26,986 nt of DNA, taken from NCBI GenBank assembly GCA_046570105.1, contig JBKHVI010000041.1, positions 1 through 26,986 on the forward strand, read 5' to 3'. The notes under the pieces are model-generated. The model searched no databases, was not told the DNA's origin, and was given only the letters and a program-made list of their open reading frames with translations. Source of the stretch: Bacteriovoracia bacterium (GTDB lineage Bacteria > Bdellovibrionota > Bacteriovoracia > Bacteriovoracales > Bacteriovoracaceae). The position numbers and the translations under genes are program-made. Shown here piece after piece: positions 24,943 through 26,986 of the stretch (position 1 is its first letter; every line of letters begins with the position of its first letter).

Positions 24943-25962
24943 ATGTTTATTTTACGCTCAGTCGCCGAAAGTGATTTACGAGATTTGCACCGCTTAAGTG
25001 AGATGGTGTTGTTTATCAATTTACCGCCTGACGCTGATATCATCGAAAGCAAAATTGCTAGTTCGCTTAAAGCTTTTAAAGATCCAAGCTCTGATCTTTG
25101 GGAAAACTATTATATCTTTGTTCTTGAGAACCGAAAGAATGGTGAGGTGATGGGTGTATCTATGATCCACGCCCAACACGGCACAGAGGAAGAACCTCAT
25201 TTCTATTTGAAAGTCGGGCAAGAACATAAATTTTCACAAACGATTAACACTGGTTTTATTCACGGAACGCTCAAGCTTGGTCTGGAGACTAATGGGCCAA
25301 CAGAGATTGGTGGATTAGTTTTAAATCCCGAGTATCGCGGCAATAAAGAAAAACTCGGAAAACAACTCTCATTCGTGCGTTTCCTTTATATGGCGATGAA
25401 TCCTGATCGCTTCAAGCCTACGATTCATTCAGAACTTATGCCACCCCTTGATAAAGATGGTAACTCACCACTTTGGGAAGCTATCGGACGACGCTTCATG
25501 AATATGGGTTATCACGATGCTGATGTTTTGAGTCGCAGTAACAAAGAATTTATTTTAAGCCTCTTCCCTTCGGACAATATTTACCAAACCCTGCTACCAA
25601 TTGATGCTCGTGATTCAATCGGAAAAGTCGGCAAGGATACTGAACCTGTTCGTAAAATGCTTGAGTCGATTGGCTTTAAATATATTCACGAAGTCGATCC
25701 CTTTGACGGCGGCCCTCACTATCAAGCCCAACTCAAAGATGTAAAACCTGTTAAGCAAATGGTGAGAGGAATTCTCTCTCAGGATGAGTTTGATGCTACT
25801 ACGGCGAAAGAAATGCTAGTGGCCATACCTAAAGCTGATCACGATTTCTTTGCTGTAAAAATCAAAGTTTGTTTGAGTGGCGAAAAAATTATTTTAAATC
25901 CTAAAGATGTGACCGGACTTAAAATTCCTTGGGGAGAAACAAGCTGCGCGATACCGTTTTAA
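24943..25962 (+). CDS. astA: Arginine N-succinyltransferase AstA family protein
   Basis: NLPPD, Y.FVLE, TEIGGL.L.PEYR, LS..RFL.MA, SPLWEA.GRRF, AD.LS, FI..LFP..IY..LL, IG.V...T.P...LE..GF, VD.FDGGP. Confidence 0.9.
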   Translation: MFILRSVAESDLRDLHRLSEMVLFINLPPDADIIESKIASSLKAFKDPSSDLWENYYIFVLENRKNGEVMGVSMIHAQHGTEEEPHFYLKVGQEHKFSQTINTGFIHGTLKLGLETNGPTEIGGLVLNPEYRGNKEKLGKQLSFVRFLYMAMNPDRFKPTIHSELMPPLDKDGNSPLWEAIGRRFMNMGYHDADVLSRSNKEFILSLFPSDNIYQTLLPIDARDSIGKVGKDTEPVRKMLESIGFKYIHEVDPFDGGPHYQAQLKDVKPVKQMVRGILSQDEFDATTAKEMLVAIPKADHDFFAVKIKVCLSGEKIILNPKDVTGLKIPWGETSCAIPF

Positions 25963-26486
25963 GCTTGTTTTTTATCGACCAAAACACCAAGAGTAGATGT
26001 AACGCGAGTTTTGTCTTTGCCGTTTTCATCTTTTACGGACACTCGATACATTCTTAAATCTGAATTTCTACGGTAACTCTGTAAACCGTTTTTCTTGAAG
26101 ATTTTTTCTTCTGAATCACGAAATTTGTCTCGCTCAGAAAGCATGAAATCCAAAGCATCTGGTTTGGTTTTTTCGTATTCTTCTTGCGCTGCTTTTCTTA
26201 ATTCAGCTTGTTTGTCAGCCGACAGCACGCCAATGGCCTCAAGGGGTGACTCGTTCGCTACGAACTCTCGGCCACTAACTGCTTCTTTGGGAGCAACTTT
26301 CGACTGTGGAAATTCTAATACCCGGGCCTCTTTTTTTGGCTGTGATTCATCCCACAACCAAGTCTCTCCACCCGCGGCTTGTTGAAACACTGCACCCTTT
26401 TCCCGTGATTCCTCTGTGAGATACTTCAAATCCTGAGGCGTTATTAGCCCCAAAATTGTCATAATCACTGATTTAAATGCTCCCAC
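25959..26486 (-). CDS. Hypothetical protein (175 aa) with a sigma28-type promoter
   Basis: GTG at 26486 preceded by a TAAGGAG SD. Charged soluble protein ending GVLVDKKQA. Stop overlaps the astA stop (TTAA). Confidence 0.75.
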   Translation of the reverse strand: MGAFKSVIMTILGLITPQDLKYLTEESREKGAVFQQAAGGETWLWDESQPKKEARVLEFPQSKVAPKEAVSGREFVANESPLEAIGVLSADKQAELRKAAQEEYEKTKPDALDFMLSERDKFRDSEEKIFKKNGLQSYRRNSDLRMYRVSVKDENGKDKTRVTSTLGVLVDKKQA

Positions 26487-26505
26487 GCGATGACTCCTTA
26501 ACACC

Positions 26506-26533
26506 CTATCGGTAGTTTAGCGCGAGTTCTTGA
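26506..26533 (-). promoter_or_regulatory. Putative sigma28 (FliA) promoter
   Basis: Minus strand TCAAG-N15-ACCGATAG, ending about 20 nt before the GTG start. Confidence 0.55.
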
Positions 26534-26594
26534 GTGTTTTGGGCAACTAGTCGTAATCCCTTGAATTCAGTGCTTTAAATCCTTAAAATCACGC

Positions 26595-26623
26595 TGGACA
26601 AAAGCCACGGTGGGTCCTATAAA
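26595..26623 (+). promoter_or_regulatory. Putative sigma70 promoter of tRNA-Asn
   Basis: TGGACA-N17-TATAAA, ending 16 nt before the tRNA 5' end. Confidence 0.5.
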
Positions 26624-26639
26624 TTTAAGCTCTTGATGT

Positions 26640-26715
26640 TGGGGTGTGGCGCAGTGGTTAGCGCAGTAGACTGTTAATCTATTGGTCGTCGGTTCAACTC
26701 CGACCACCCCAGCCA
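26640..26715 (+). tRNA. tRNA-Asn (GTT)
   Basis: 76-nt cloverleaf: acceptor TGGGGTG/CACCCCA, D arm GCGC/GCGC, anticodon arm GTAGA-CTGTTAA-TCTAT, T arm GTCGG-TTCAACT-CCGAC, discriminator G, encoded CCA. Confidence 0.98.
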
Positions 26716-26718
26716 TTT

Positions 26719-26986
26719 TTAAATTAAAATCATATTCTGGGACTTAGCTTCAAATCGAAGGCTTCTATAGTCTTTGAAATTCATCTCAGAAATCAGTTCA
26801 CTTTGATCAAACGTCGTCGTAATTCCCAAGAGCTTCATTCCAGCTGCTTTACCGGCCCTAAGGCCCGCATTGGTGTCTTCGATCACGAGGCATCGCTTCG
26901 GATCAACTCCGAGTTTGTGAGCAGCAAGGAGAAAACACTCAGGATCGGGCTTACCTCTTTTCACATCATTAATGGTGACGAGGACA
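26719..26986 (-). CDS. HAD-superfamily phosphatase (sugar-phosphatase-like), 5' end outside the window
   Basis: Frame open to the window edge: VLVTINDVKRGKPDPECFLLAA..LG......LVIEDT.AG..AG.AAGM (HAD motifs III/IV). Confidence 0.9.
   Translation of the reverse strand, partial: VLVTINDVKRGKPDPECFLLAAHKLGVDPKRCLVIEDTNAGLRAGKAAGMKLLGITTTFDQSELISEMNFKDYRSLRFEAKSQNMILI

Noticed and set aside
26640..26986. Prophage or island integrated at tRNA-Asn
   Set aside because: No integrase and no duplicated tRNA 3' end seen; the adjacent gene is a housekeeping-type HAD phosphatase.

Overview
A gene-dense, core-chromosome window with no mobile element, CRISPR array or long repeat. Gene content and order point to a predatory Bdellovibrionota (Bacteriovoracia-like) genome; this is an inference. 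From left to right: an AT-rich secreted Cys-rich orphan; lpxC and ruvCAB (minus strand); folD-gcvT-gcvH; a TonB-C-terminal-domain membrane protein, PBP1A and xseB (minus); a flagellar cluster flgF-G-A-H-I-J-M-N-K-L-csrA-fliW; a tightly coupled envelope operon (BatE-like TPR/SH3, stand-alone cNMP-binding protein, AI-2E permease, bamD, TPR protein); a two-gene unit of an apparently degenerate class-III aminotransferase-fold protein and a divergent astA; a hypothetical gene with a sigma28-type promoter; tRNA-Asn(GTT); and a partial HAD phosphatase. The most interesting signals are: (1) GGA-loop hairpins over the ribosome-binding sites of flgF (tandem pair), flgJ, csrA and the TonB-domain gene, suggesting a CsrA/FliW regulon wider than flagellin; (2) a putative pseudo-aminotransferase coupled to an AstA that lacks the canonical active-site His; (3) a remodelled L-ring protein FlgH; (4) a shared promoter motif at equal distance upstream of flgF and flgJ; (5) sigma28-type promoters on non-flagellar genes. 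All family calls come from motif recognition by eye; no searches were run.
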